A stretch of 19,627 nucleotides of DNA from contig DAIENX010000069.1 in assembly GCA_027340875.1 (NCBI GenBank), positions 1-19,627 on the forward strand, written 5' to 3'. Of this stretch, positions 7,993 to 15,945 are shown piece by piece; the stretch's first letter is position 1, and each line of letters begins with the position of its first letter. Source of the DNA: Elusimicrobiota bacterium. GTDB taxonomy: Bacteria > Elusimicrobiota > Elusimicrobia > Elusimicrobiales > UBA9959. Position numbers and translations under genes: made by a program. Under the pieces are notes generated by a model. That model saw only the letters and a list, made by a program, of their open reading frames with translations. It ran no database searches and was not told the DNA's origin.

Positions 7993-9461
7993 ACCAGAAG
8001 AACCTGTATCGCCTGATCTTCCCCGGATTCCGGTTCGGCAAGTCCGACCCGGAGCTGGCCCTGAAGCTGGCCGCCTCCGGGGTAGGAGGCTTCTGCTTCT
8101 ACGGCGGCTCCGCCCCGGAGGTTCGGGAACTCTCCCGGCTGCTGAAATCCGCTTCCGCTACCCCGCTGCTGATAGCGGCAGATTATGAGAACGGAGCCGG
8201 CCAGCACGTTTCCGGGGCCACCGAGCTGCCGCCGAACATGGCCATAGGGGCCTCGGGTCGGGAGGACCTGGCCAGGCGCAAGGGGGAGATAACGGCGCTC
8301 GAGGCTCGTGCGCTGGGGGTGGACTGGGTGCTCGCTCCGGTGGCGGACCTGGCCGTGCGCGCCGATAATCCCATAGTGAACGTCAGGTCCTTCGGGGCGG
8401 ACCCCAACCTGGCCGCCGGCCTGGGGGAGGCATATATTTCCGGCCTCAGCTCGCAGGGCGTCCTCTCCTGTCTAAAGCATTTCCCCGGTCACGGCGACAC
8501 CGCCTCGGATTCCCACCTGGAGCTGCCGGCGGTGACCAAGAACCTCTACGCGCTGGAGCAGGAGGAGCTCAGGCCTTTCCGGGCGCTGTTCAGGCGCGCC
8601 GACGCGGTGATGGCCGGCCACCTGCTGCTGCCCGAGCTGGACGGGAACGCCCCGGCCTCGCTCTCCAGGGAGGTCGTTTCCGGACTGCTCAGGCGCAAGC
8701 TGGGCTTCCAGGGCGCGGTCATCACGGACGCGCTCGATATGAAGGCCGTTTCCGCCGACCCGGGCGCCGGAGTGAAGGCCCTGCTCGCCGGTGTGGACGC
8801 CCTGCTGGCTCCGGAAGACCCGGCCGCGCTGCACGCGGAACTGCAGCGCGCGGCCGAGGAAGGAACTATAACCGCCGCTGCCGCTGCGGCCGCCATCGCC
8901 AGGCTGGACGCGCTGGCCAGGAAGCTGACCCCTTTCCGCGGCCTGCCCGCGCCCGAGGACGCGCTGCGCTGCGGGGAGCATCTCGCCTTCGGCGCCGAGG
9001 CGGCGCCGTCCTGTCTTGCCTGGGCCTCCACCGGCAGGTTCTCGGCGAAGGCAGGCGAAACGCTCGGTTATCTGGAGCCGCTTACGGCGCGCGGTGACTG
9101 GAAGGGCGGCGCTTTCGTCTCCGCGCTGGCGGAGCTGGGGGTGAGGGTGGAGCCGTACCAGCCGGGCTGCGGCATGCGGCTGGCCGCGGCCTGCTTCTCC
9201 CGGCCGCGCGCCGGCAGCGGCAGCATCAACCTTTCCGACGAGGAATGGGCGGCCCTTGAATCTGCCGTGGCGGGCGCTTCGGAGTCGGTGCTGCTGGCTT
9301 TCGGCAGCCCGTTCGTGCTGGAAGGCCTGGCCCCGTCGGCCGCGCTCTGCGCCTTCTGCGCGCTGGATGATTTCCAGCGCGCCGCCGCCGGAGTCCTGGC
9401 CGGCACCGTCAGACCCGGCGGCACCGTGCCGGTCAAAATATCGATGAGGGGAAGAAAATGA
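7989..9461 (+). CDS. nagZ: GH3 beta-N-acetylhexosaminidase (NagZ-like) with C-terminal domain
   Basis: IAADYENG, LAPVADL, NVRSFG, NagZ signature KHFPGHGDTASDSH, nucleophile segment ITDALDM. Start reassigned from 7659 (track) to the in-frame TTG at 7989, which overlaps the mazG stop (TTGA). About 490 aa, no signal peptide. Confidence 0.9.
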   Translation: MNQKNLYRLIFPGFRFGKSDPELALKLAASGVGGFCFYGGSAPEVRELSRLLKSASATPLLIAADYENGAGQHVSGATELPPNMAIGASGREDLARRKGEITALEARALGVDWVLAPVADLAVRADNPIVNVRSFGADPNLAAGLGEAYISGLSSQGVLSCLKHFPGHGDTASDSHLELPAVTKNLYALEQEELRPFRALFRRADAVMAGHLLLPELDGNAPASLSREVVSGLLRRKLGFQGAVITDALDMKAVSADPGAGVKALLAGVDALLAPEDPAALHAELQRAAEEGTITAAAAAAAIARLDALARKLTPFRGLPAPEDALRCGEHLAFGAEAAPSCLAWASTGRFSAKAGETLGYLEPLTARGDWKGGAFVSALAELGVRVEPYQPGCGMRLAAACFSRPRAGSGSINLSDEEWAALESAVAGASESVLLAFGSPFVLEGLAPSAALCAFCALDDFQRAAAGVLAGTVRPGGTVPVKISMRGRK

Positions 9462-10942
9462 ACGAAATCTCTGCTTTTCAGCGGTTCACCGGCCTCGGCG
9501 CGCTGGACTACTTCATACTCGGCTCTTCGCTGCTCGCGCTGTTCATCATCTCCTATTTCAAGGGACGGGAGGAGGAGAGCACCAGCGACTACTTCCTCGG
9601 CAACCGCAAGACCCCGGTCTGGGTAGGCACGCTCTCTTTCGTCGCCACCGAGATCAGCGCGATGACGATAGTCGGCATCCCGCCGATAGGCTTCACCGAG
9701 AACTGGCAGTACATACAGTTCTTCATCGGTTCGGCTTCCGCGCGCATCCTGATAGCGTTCTTCTTCATCCCGGCCTTCTACAAGTTCAACTGCACTACCA
9801 TCTACGAGTTCCTGAAGCACCGCTTCGGCGCCGAGACGCAGTACGCCGGCTCATCGTTCTTCTTCGTCACGCGGCTGTTCGCCTCGGGCGTGCGCCTCTA
9901 CGCAGCGTCGCTCGCCGTCTCGGTCATCATGGGCTGGCAGCTGGGCTGGACCATCGCTTTCTTCACGCTGATCAGCGTGATCTTCATCGGTTTCGGCGGC
10001 ATCAAGGCCGTGCTGTGGACCGGGACTTTCGAGGCGCTCACCTTCTACGCGGCCGGCCTGGGGGTGGCGGCCTACCTGATAATGCACATCGACGGCGGCC
10101 TGGCCGGCGCCTGGCATGTGGCTTCGGAGGCGGGCAAGCTATCCGTCTTCAAGCTGGGCTGGAACCTGGGAGACCCGAACGTCCTGTGGAGCGCCGTGCT
10201 GAACGGCATCTTCGGCTCGATGGCCTCATTCGGGACGGACCAGGAGCTGATGCAGCGCCTGCTGACGCTGGAGACGCGCAAGGAGAGCCAGAAGACGATC
10301 ATCTACACCATCTTCACCAGCTTCCCGGTAACGTGGCTGTACCTGGCCCTCGGCACGCTGCTGTTCGTCTTCTACAAGCAGCACCCGGCGCTGCCGCTGC
10401 CGGAGAACGCCGATAAGATACTGTCCCACTTCACCGTGCACGTGCTGCCGGCGGGCTTAAAAGGGCTGGTGCTGACGGCGGTGGTGATGGCCAGCATAGA
10501 CTCGCCTCTGAGCTCCCTCTCCTCGTCGTTCATAACGGACATCTACCGGCCGCTGATCCGGAAGGACGCGCCGGAACGCCATTACCTGATGGCCTCGAGG
10601 GCCAGCGTGGCCGTCTTCGGCCTGCTGCTGGCCGGCATAGCCTGGCTCTGCGCCGGCGGCTCCGGCCGCATGCTGTGGCTGGCCTTCAAGATAAACGGCG
10701 TGACGGCGGGCAGCCTGCTGGGCGTGTTCCTGCTGGGCCTGATGACGAAGCGCGCGGTGAACAAGGGCAACGTGGCGGCCATGTGCCTGAGCGCCGTCCT
10801 GGCCGGGGTCATACTGTACCTGTCGGAGAAGGGGATAGCTCCGATAGGCTGGAGCTGGATAATAGTTATAGGCACGGTCTCGACTTTCTCTGTCGGCTGG
10901 CTGCTCTCCGGTCCGGGGAAGCAGGCTGAGCCTGCAGCCTGA
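9458..10942 (+). CDS. Sodium:solute symporter (SSS family)
   Basis: Many hydrophobic segments; DYFLGNR, SFVATEISAMTIVG, TIYEFLKHRFG, GGIKAVLWT, GTDQELMQRLL, ASIDSPLSSLSS. ATGA overlap with nagZ. Confidence 0.93.
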   Translation: MNEISAFQRFTGLGALDYFILGSSLLALFIISYFKGREEESTSDYFLGNRKTPVWVGTLSFVATEISAMTIVGIPPIGFTENWQYIQFFIGSASARILIAFFFIPAFYKFNCTTIYEFLKHRFGAETQYAGSSFFFVTRLFASGVRLYAASLAVSVIMGWQLGWTIAFFTLISVIFIGFGGIKAVLWTGTFEALTFYAAGLGVAAYLIMHIDGGLAGAWHVASEAGKLSVFKLGWNLGDPNVLWSAVLNGIFGSMASFGTDQELMQRLLTLETRKESQKTIIYTIFTSFPVTWLYLALGTLLFVFYKQHPALPLPENADKILSHFTVHVLPAGLKGLVLTAVVMASIDSPLSSLSSSFITDIYRPLIRKDAPERHYLMASRASVAVFGLLLAGIAWLCAGGSGRMLWLAFKINGVTAGSLLGVFLLGLMTKRAVNKGNVAAMCLSAVLAGVILYLSEKGIAPIGWSWIIVIGTVSTFSVGWLLSGPGKQAEPAA

Positions 10943-10960
10943 CAGGGCCCGCCGCGAAAC

Positions 10961-11000
10961 AAAGAAGAGCCCCGCGGAACTCCGCGGGGCTCTTTTCTTC
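10961..11000. terminator. Bidirectional intrinsic terminator
   Basis: Perfect 13-bp stem AAGAGCCCCGCGG (10965-10977) / CCGCGGGGCTCTT (10982-10994), with A-rich 5' and T-rich 3' flanks, between convergent genes. Confidence 0.9.
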
Positions 11001-11012
11001 TGCCGGGTTTCC

Positions 11013-11237
11013 TCAGTTGGTCCCGGTCTTGAGGAGATGCTCCTTGCGCTGCTTTATCTCCGCTTCGAGCTTCTCCAGCTTCTCCTTGGCCTTCGCCTTG
11101 TTCTCGTCGAACCATTCGCCCAGCTTCTCGCGTGTCTCTTCCCCGCGCGCCGGCGCGAACAGCATGCCGAGGGCCGCGCCTATAAGTCCCCCGACGATGA
11201 AAGCTCCGATTATCTCTCCGCCTCTGTGCTCTGACAT
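11013..11237 (-). CDS. YtxH-domain protein (membrane anchor plus coiled coil)
   Basis: AFIVGGLIGAALGMLFAPARGEETREKL followed by a K/E-rich helix; RBS GGGAGG. Confidence 0.88.
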   Translation of the reverse strand: MSEHRGGEIIGAFIVGGLIGAALGMLFAPARGEETREKLGEWFDENKAKAKEKLEKLEAEIKQRKEHLLKTGTN

Positions 11238-11273
11238 ACTGGTCCTCCCGTAAATTCCCGTCCTGCTAGTGTA

Positions 11274-11302
11274 ATCTTATACATTGCCGCACCCATTGTC
11301 AA
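11274..11302 (-). promoter_or_regulatory. Sigma70 promoter for the YtxH-like gene
   Basis: Minus strand TTGACA (11302-11297), 17-nt spacer, TAAGAT (11279-11274). Confidence 0.75.
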
Positions 11303-11378
11303 ACCCGCTATGCGAGTCCCTCATCCGGGCTATGCCCGTGTCGTATCAAGACCTATGGTCATCAAGCGGCCAAATCTA

Positions 11379-11384
11379 TATAAT
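11379..11384 (+). promoter_or_regulatory. -10 box of a probable leaderless transcript
   Basis: Perfect TATAAT ending 7 nt before ATG 11392; no Shine-Dalgarno present. Confidence 0.5.
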
Positions 11385-11391
11385 TCCGATA

Positions 11392-12669
11392 ATGAGGCGA
11401 CTGCTTGTCATGCTGGTCCTGCTGATGCTGCCTTCCTTCGCGGCCGCCTACCAGCATGACGCCTCTCTCAGCTCCAGGCTTAAAAAGGAGCTCGAGACTA
11501 AACTGTTGACCACCGAGACCGGCAGGGAGCTTCTCGGCAGGCTGAAGAATACGAAAAGCTACTCCCGCCTGCGTGTGCTGGCCCGTACCGACCGGTCGGA
11601 CTCGCTGGCCTGGTTCGACCCCGATCCCAATGCCGTCTATCTGAATTCCCGCTTCATCCTGAAGTTCTTCGGCGCCGGGAAGTTCAAGGACGCCGGGGTG
11701 GTGGACGTCCTGTGGAGCAACAAGGGGGTGCGAGCGGAATTGGTGAAGTACATCGGCCCTGTGTACGTGCACGAGCTGGTGCACGCGCTGCAGTGCTACC
11801 TGTACCCGCAGTACCGCCAGGACGCCGGCGCCAACCCGCTGGAGTTCGAGTACGAGGCCTACCTGACAGAGGATATGTACGTGCACGAGCAGATGAAGGC
11901 CTCGCCGAAGCTGCTGCGCGAGTACATCCGCGGGGACTACACCGACGTCTACACGGCCGATGCGCTCGGCACCTATTTCACCCTTTCGCTCGATCCCGAC
12001 AGGTACAAGGAGAAGATCCGCGGGTACTACGAGGAGAGGCGCGGCGGCTACCTCAGCATGGACAAGGCCGCTACGCTGAAGAAGAACGGCCTGGCCGACT
12101 CGAAGATACTGGCCTACGCCAACGGCGGAATGGCCGGATACGCGCGCGACAACAAGGCGCTGGCCAGGCTGCAGAAGGAGAAGGAGGCCTACGCCGCCTT
12201 CCTGGACGATTTCTACAGGAAGAGGTGGCCGGCCTTCAGCGCCGACGCGCTGCTCTTCGTCGGGAACATCGCTCTCGAGGAGAAGAATTACCCGCTGGCG
12301 CTGGACTGCCTGGCCGTCGCGGACGTGAACGCCGGGAAGTACGGTATGGGGGAGGAGGCTCTGAACGCCCTCAAGACCAAGGGCGCTCTGGCCATCCTGG
12401 AGACGGCCTCTTTCGTCAGGGACAACCGGGCCAGGATGGACATCGAGGTGCTCAGCCAGCATCTGAAGGCCCTTGAGAAGGCCTGCGCCGCAACCGGAAG
12501 GCCGTTCCCGGAGGACCTGCGGGAGCTGAAGAAGGAAGTGTACCCTAAAGCTATGGCCTACTACGCCTCTAAGCACGCCGCCGAGAGCGATCCCGCCAGA
12601 AAGGAGTACTACAGGGAGAACATGGAGTATTTCTCCTCTTCCGCGGAGGTATCAGCGGGCGGGGAGTAG
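11392..12669 (+). CDS. Secreted hypothetical protein with HEXXH zinc-peptidase-like motif
   Basis: Start reassigned to ATG 11392, giving signal peptide MRRLLVMLVLLMLPSFAAA. VYVHELVHALQ followed by EFEYEAY; helical, possibly TPR-like C-terminal half; 425 aa. Confidence 0.75.
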   Translation: MRRLLVMLVLLMLPSFAAAYQHDASLSSRLKKELETKLLTTETGRELLGRLKNTKSYSRLRVLARTDRSDSLAWFDPDPNAVYLNSRFILKFFGAGKFKDAGVVDVLWSNKGVRAELVKYIGPVYVHELVHALQCYLYPQYRQDAGANPLEFEYEAYLTEDMYVHEQMKASPKLLREYIRGDYTDVYTADALGTYFTLSLDPDRYKEKIRGYYEERRGGYLSMDKAATLKKNGLADSKILAYANGGMAGYARDNKALARLQKEKEAYAAFLDDFYRKRWPAFSADALLFVGNIALEEKNYPLALDCLAVADVNAGKYGMGEEALNALKTKGALAILETASFVRDNRARMDIEVLSQHLKALEKACAATGRPFPEDLRELKKEVYPKAMAYYASKHAAESDPARKEYYRENMEYFSSSAEVSAGGE

Positions 12670-12685
12670 GCGGCTTTTTTTATAC

Positions 12686-12736
12686 TTGATAACCCTAATA
12701 TTAATTGAGTAAATTATCTCTGCGGCCGAAGGCCGC
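12686..12736 (+). promoter_or_regulatory. Putative promoter and 5' hairpin of the BMC operon
   Basis: TTGATA (12686-12691), 18 nt, TAAATT (12710-12715) in an AT-rich gap, then hairpin GCGGCC-GAA-GGCCGC (12722-12736) at the expected transcript start. Confidence 0.45.
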
Positions 12737-12761
12737 GATCCGCTGAGGAACGAGGGACTTT

Positions 12762-13991
12762 ATGATAGACATCACAAAGAACATCGCAACGGCGCCAAGG
12801 CGCACGAAAGCTTCCGTCATCCGCGAACTGTTGAAGATCACCAATAAGCCGGGGGTGATCTCCTTCGCCGGAGGCCTGCCTGACCCCGAATATTTTCCGT
12901 ATGATTTCGTGGCGGAGTCCGTTAAAGAGATCATGGCCAAGAAGGGCAGGGTGGCGCTGCAGTACGGACCCACAGACGGTCTCCCGGAGCTGAAAGAGGA
13001 GTTCCTGAAGTTCCTGAAGAAGCACGAAGGGATAGACGCCAAGCCGGAGAACGTCATCATAACCACGGCCAGCCAGCAGGCGCTGGACATGGTCGGGCGC
13101 CTGTTCATAGACGCCTCGGACCCTGTGCTGGTCGAGAAGCCCAGCTATATGGGCGGGCTGCAGGTCTTCAAGTCCTACGGGGCGGACTTCGTCGGCGTGA
13201 CGCTGGAGGACGACGGCGTCTCCGTGACGGAGCTCGAGGAGAGGCTGGCCTGGCTGAAGGCCCAGGACGAGCACTACAAGTTCATCTACCTGGTGCCGGA
13301 CTTCCAGAACCCCAGCGGCGTGACGCTCTCCGAGGAGAAGCGCCACAAGGTGGTGGAGCTCTCCGAGAAGTACGACGTGGCCGTCATAGAGGACTCTCCC
13401 TACCGGCAGATCCGCTTCGAGGGCGTGGCCCCGAAGATGCTCTACCGCCTGGACCAGGACACCCGCAAGACCAACAACATAATCTCGCTGTTCACGTTCT
13501 CGAAGACCTTCGCCCCGGGCCTGCGCCTGGGCATCATACTGGCCCACCCGCAGATCATCCGCAAGATGGAGATCCTGAAGCAGTCGCTGGACCTTTGCTC
13601 CTCCAGCCTCAACCAGCTGATAGCCGCCGATTTCCTGCGCAAGGGCGTCTTTGAGACGCACGTGGAGAAGGTCCGCAAGGCCTACAAGCTCAAGAAGGAC
13701 ACCATGGTGGCCGCGCTGGAGAAGTACATGCCGGAGGGCGTCACGTGGACCCGGCCCGAGGGCGGCCTGTTCCTGTGGGTGCGCCTGCCCGAGGGGATGA
13801 GCGCCGACGACATGTTCCACGAGGCCATCAAGGAGAACGTCGCCTACGTGATCGGCTCGGCCTTCCACTGCGACGGCTCCGGCAAGAACACGATGCGGCT
13901 GAATTTCTCCTATCCCACCACCGAAGAGATAGACGAGGGCATCAAGCGCCTCGCTACCGCGGTCAAGAAGCGCCTGGTCGCAGTGAAGTAG
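12762..13991 (+). CDS. PLP-dependent class I/II aminotransferase (2-aminoadipate/aromatic aminotransferase-like, no HTH domain)
   Basis: SVIRELLK, ISFAGGLPDP, LQYGPTDG, SQQALD, PDFQNPSG, IEDSPY, PLP-lysine motif TFSKTFAPGLRLG, GGLFLW, MRLNFS. Confidence 0.93.
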   Translation: MIDITKNIATAPRRTKASVIRELLKITNKPGVISFAGGLPDPEYFPYDFVAESVKEIMAKKGRVALQYGPTDGLPELKEEFLKFLKKHEGIDAKPENVIITTASQQALDMVGRLFIDASDPVLVEKPSYMGGLQVFKSYGADFVGVTLEDDGVSVTELEERLAWLKAQDEHYKFIYLVPDFQNPSGVTLSEEKRHKVVELSEKYDVAVIEDSPYRQIRFEGVAPKMLYRLDQDTRKTNNIISLFTFSKTFAPGLRLGIILAHPQIIRKMEILKQSLDLCSSSLNQLIAADFLRKGVFETHVEKVRKAYKLKKDTMVAALEKYMPEGVTWTRPEGGLFLWVRLPEGMSADDMFHEAIKENVAYVIGSAFHCDGSGKNTMRLNFSYPTTEEIDEGIKRLATAVKKRLVAVK

Positions 13992-13995
13992 GCGC

Positions 13996-15339
13996 ATGGC
14001 CGACTTCTCAGCTGAGCTCAGCGCCAGCCTGCGTGCCGCCGGCGTAGTAGGGGCCGGCGGCGCCGGCTTTCCCGCCTACGTCAAGGCCAAGGGCAGGGCC
14101 GAGCTCGCGCTGGTGAACGCCGCGGAGTGCGAACCGCTGCTGAAGAAGGACCAGAAGATACTCGAGTATTTCCCCGAGAAGGTGTTCGACGGCCTGGAGC
14201 TGCTGATGAAGGCCTGCGGCGCCTCGAAGGGCGTGCTGGGCATCAAGAAGAAGCACGAGAAGATCATCCCCCGGCTCGAAGGCATAGCGAAGGCCCGCAG
14301 GAACATATCCGTGCTGAAGCTCGGGGACTACTACCCCGCCGGGGACGAGCAGTGTCTGGTCTACGAGGCCACCGGCCGCGTGGTCCCGCCCGGAGGCATA
14401 CCGCTGGACGTCGGCTGCGTGGTCAGCAACGTCGAGACGCTTTACAACGCCGCCTTCGCGCCGCGGCCCGTCACCGATACCTTCGTGACCGTCAACGGCG
14501 CCGTGAAGAAGCCCGCCACTTTCCGGGTACCTGTCGGCGTGACCTGGCGGGAGTGCGTGGAGCTGTGCGGCGGTTTCACCGTGAAGGACCCCGCCTACAT
14601 AGACGGCGGCCCCATGATGGGCAAGGTCCAGATGGATTTCGACCTGCCGGTGGTCAAGGCGTCCGCAGGCATCATCGTCCTGCCGAAGACCCACCCGCTG
14701 CTGGTCAAGAAGGCGCAGGGCCGGCCGGTCTTCTCCAGGATAGGACGCTCCGCCTGCGACCAGTGTTCCTTCTGCACCGAGTTCTGCCCGCGCTATCTGC
14801 TGGGACACGACGTGCAGCCCCACCGCGTGATGCGCACTATGCTGTTCGCGGGGGGGCCGGAGCACAAGCTGCACAGCCAGTACGGGCTGCTCTGCTGCGA
14901 ATGCTCCCTCTGCAGCCTCTATTCCTGCCCGGAGAACCTGAACCCGCGCGAGGCCTGCGTGGCGGCCAAGGGGGACCTGCGCGAGGCGAAGATAGGCTTC
15001 AAGAACTCGCAGCTCAACACGGGCCGCAAGCCGGATGCCCATCCCGTGCGTGATTTCCGCAAAGTGCCCGTCTCAAAGCTGGTAAGAAGGCTGGGGCTCG
15101 AGGATTACAACAAGGACGCCCCCTGGAGCGACGTTGCCTGCAAGCCCGCGCGGGTGAGGATACTGATGAGCCAGCATATAGGGGCGCCATGCTCGCCGTC
15201 GGTCAGGGAAGGTCAGCGGGTCGAGAAGGGCTCGGTAGTCGGCGACGTGACGCAGGACAAGCTGGGCTGCCCGGTGCACGCCAGCATCTCAGGCACGGTG
15301 ACCAAGGTCAACGAAAAATACGTGGAGATAGCCGCTTAA
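13996..15339 (+). CDS. pduS: PduS-like Fe-S flavoprotein (cobalamin reductase / RnfC-related)
   Basis: GVVGAGGAGFP, NAAECEPLL, YYPAGDE, GGPMMG, two ferredoxin motifs (CDQCSFCTEFCP; CCECSLCSLYSCP) and a C-terminal QHIGAP...VHASISGTV domain (PduS arrangement). Adjacent to a PduT-like gene. Confidence 0.88.
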   Translation: MADFSAELSASLRAAGVVGAGGAGFPAYVKAKGRAELALVNAAECEPLLKKDQKILEYFPEKVFDGLELLMKACGASKGVLGIKKKHEKIIPRLEGIAKARRNISVLKLGDYYPAGDEQCLVYEATGRVVPPGGIPLDVGCVVSNVETLYNAAFAPRPVTDTFVTVNGAVKKPATFRVPVGVTWRECVELCGGFTVKDPAYIDGGPMMGKVQMDFDLPVVKASAGIIVLPKTHPLLVKKAQGRPVFSRIGRSACDQCSFCTEFCPRYLLGHDVQPHRVMRTMLFAGGPEHKLHSQYGLLCCECSLCSLYSCPENLNPREACVAAKGDLREAKIGFKNSQLNTGRKPDAHPVRDFRKVPVSKLVRRLGLEDYNKDAPWSDVACKPARVRILMSQHIGAPCSPSVREGQRVEKGSVVGDVTQDKLGCPVHASISGTVTKVNEKYVEIAA

Positions 15340-15349
15340 AGGTCTTATT

Positions 15350-15898
15350 ATGCTGAACGCTATAGGCGGAGTGGAACTTTCGAGCGTGGCCAAGGGGCTG
15401 GAGACGGCCGACGCGATGCTGAAAACCGCGGCCGTAAAACTGACGCTTTCCCGCTCCATCTGCCCCGGCAAATACGTCATCCTGGTCTCAGGCGAGGTAG
15501 GCGCCGTGAACGCCGCTGTGGAGGCCGGTTCTTCCAAGGCGGCGCACGCGCTGGTGGACAGTTTCGTGGTCCCGAACATACATCCTGAGGTGTTCCCGGC
15601 CATAGAGGGGACTACTGTAGTGGAGGGGCTGGAGTCCCTCGGCATCATTGAATCCTTCTCCGTCTCGGCGCTCATAGAGGCAGCCGACGCGGCCGTTAAG
15701 GCGGCCCCCGTGAAGCTGCTGGAGATACGTCTGGCCATGGCTCTGGGCGGCAAGGCCTTCGTCACGCTGACCGGCCCGGTGGCCGCTGCCGAGACGGCCG
15801 TGGGCGCCGGCGCGGCCGTTGTGGCGAAGCGCGGCCTGCTGGTGGAGAAGGTCGTCATACCGCAGCCCAGGCCGGAACTGCTGCGGGAGATAATCTAG
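15350..15898 (+). CDS. pduT: BMC-T tandem-domain shell protein, PduT-like
   Basis: 182 aa with two BMC domains ([37 protein letters not shown]...LGGKAFV). ICPGKY places Cys at residue 38 (15461-15463), the PduT Fe-S ligand position. Confidence 0.9.
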   Translation: MLNAIGGVELSSVAKGLETADAMLKTAAVKLTLSRSICPGKYVILVSGEVGAVNAAVEAGSSKAAHALVDSFVVPNIHPEVFPAIEGTTVVEGLESLGIIESFSVSALIEAADAAVKAAPVKLLEIRLAMALGGKAFVTLTGPVAAAETAVGAGAAVVAKRGLLVEKVVIPQPRPELLREII

Positions 15899-15909
15899 GG
15901 CGATATTTG

Positions 15910-15915
15910 TATAAT
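15910..15915 (+). promoter_or_regulatory. Possible internal promoter (-10 box) upstream of tpiA
   Basis: Perfect TATAAT in a 47-nt AT-rich gap, followed by RBS TAAGGAG; no recognisable -35. Confidence 0.45.
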
Positions 15916-15945
15916 CTTTTTGATATCTAAATTAAGGAGACCGCC

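Noticed and set aside
8871..8900. GCC/GCT-rich repeat in nagZ
   Set aside because: It encodes a short poly-Ala helix with mixed codons, not a tandem repeat or array.
11284..11391. 36-aa N-terminal extension of the 461-aa ORF
   Set aside because: It overlaps the YtxH promoter and buries the signal peptide; ATG 11392 fits better.
12636..12683. Possible terminator after the HEXXH gene (T7 run at 12675-12681)
   Set aside because: No convincing stem directly precedes the T run.
12762..13991. MocR/GabR-type transcriptional regulator for the BMC locus
   Set aside because: At 409 aa it lacks the N-terminal winged HTH domain; it looks like a stand-alone aminotransferase.
13996..15339. RnfC of a membrane Rnf complex
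   Set aside because: No rnfABDEG neighbours, the QHIGAP domain is C-terminal as in PduS, and the gene abuts a PduT-like gene.
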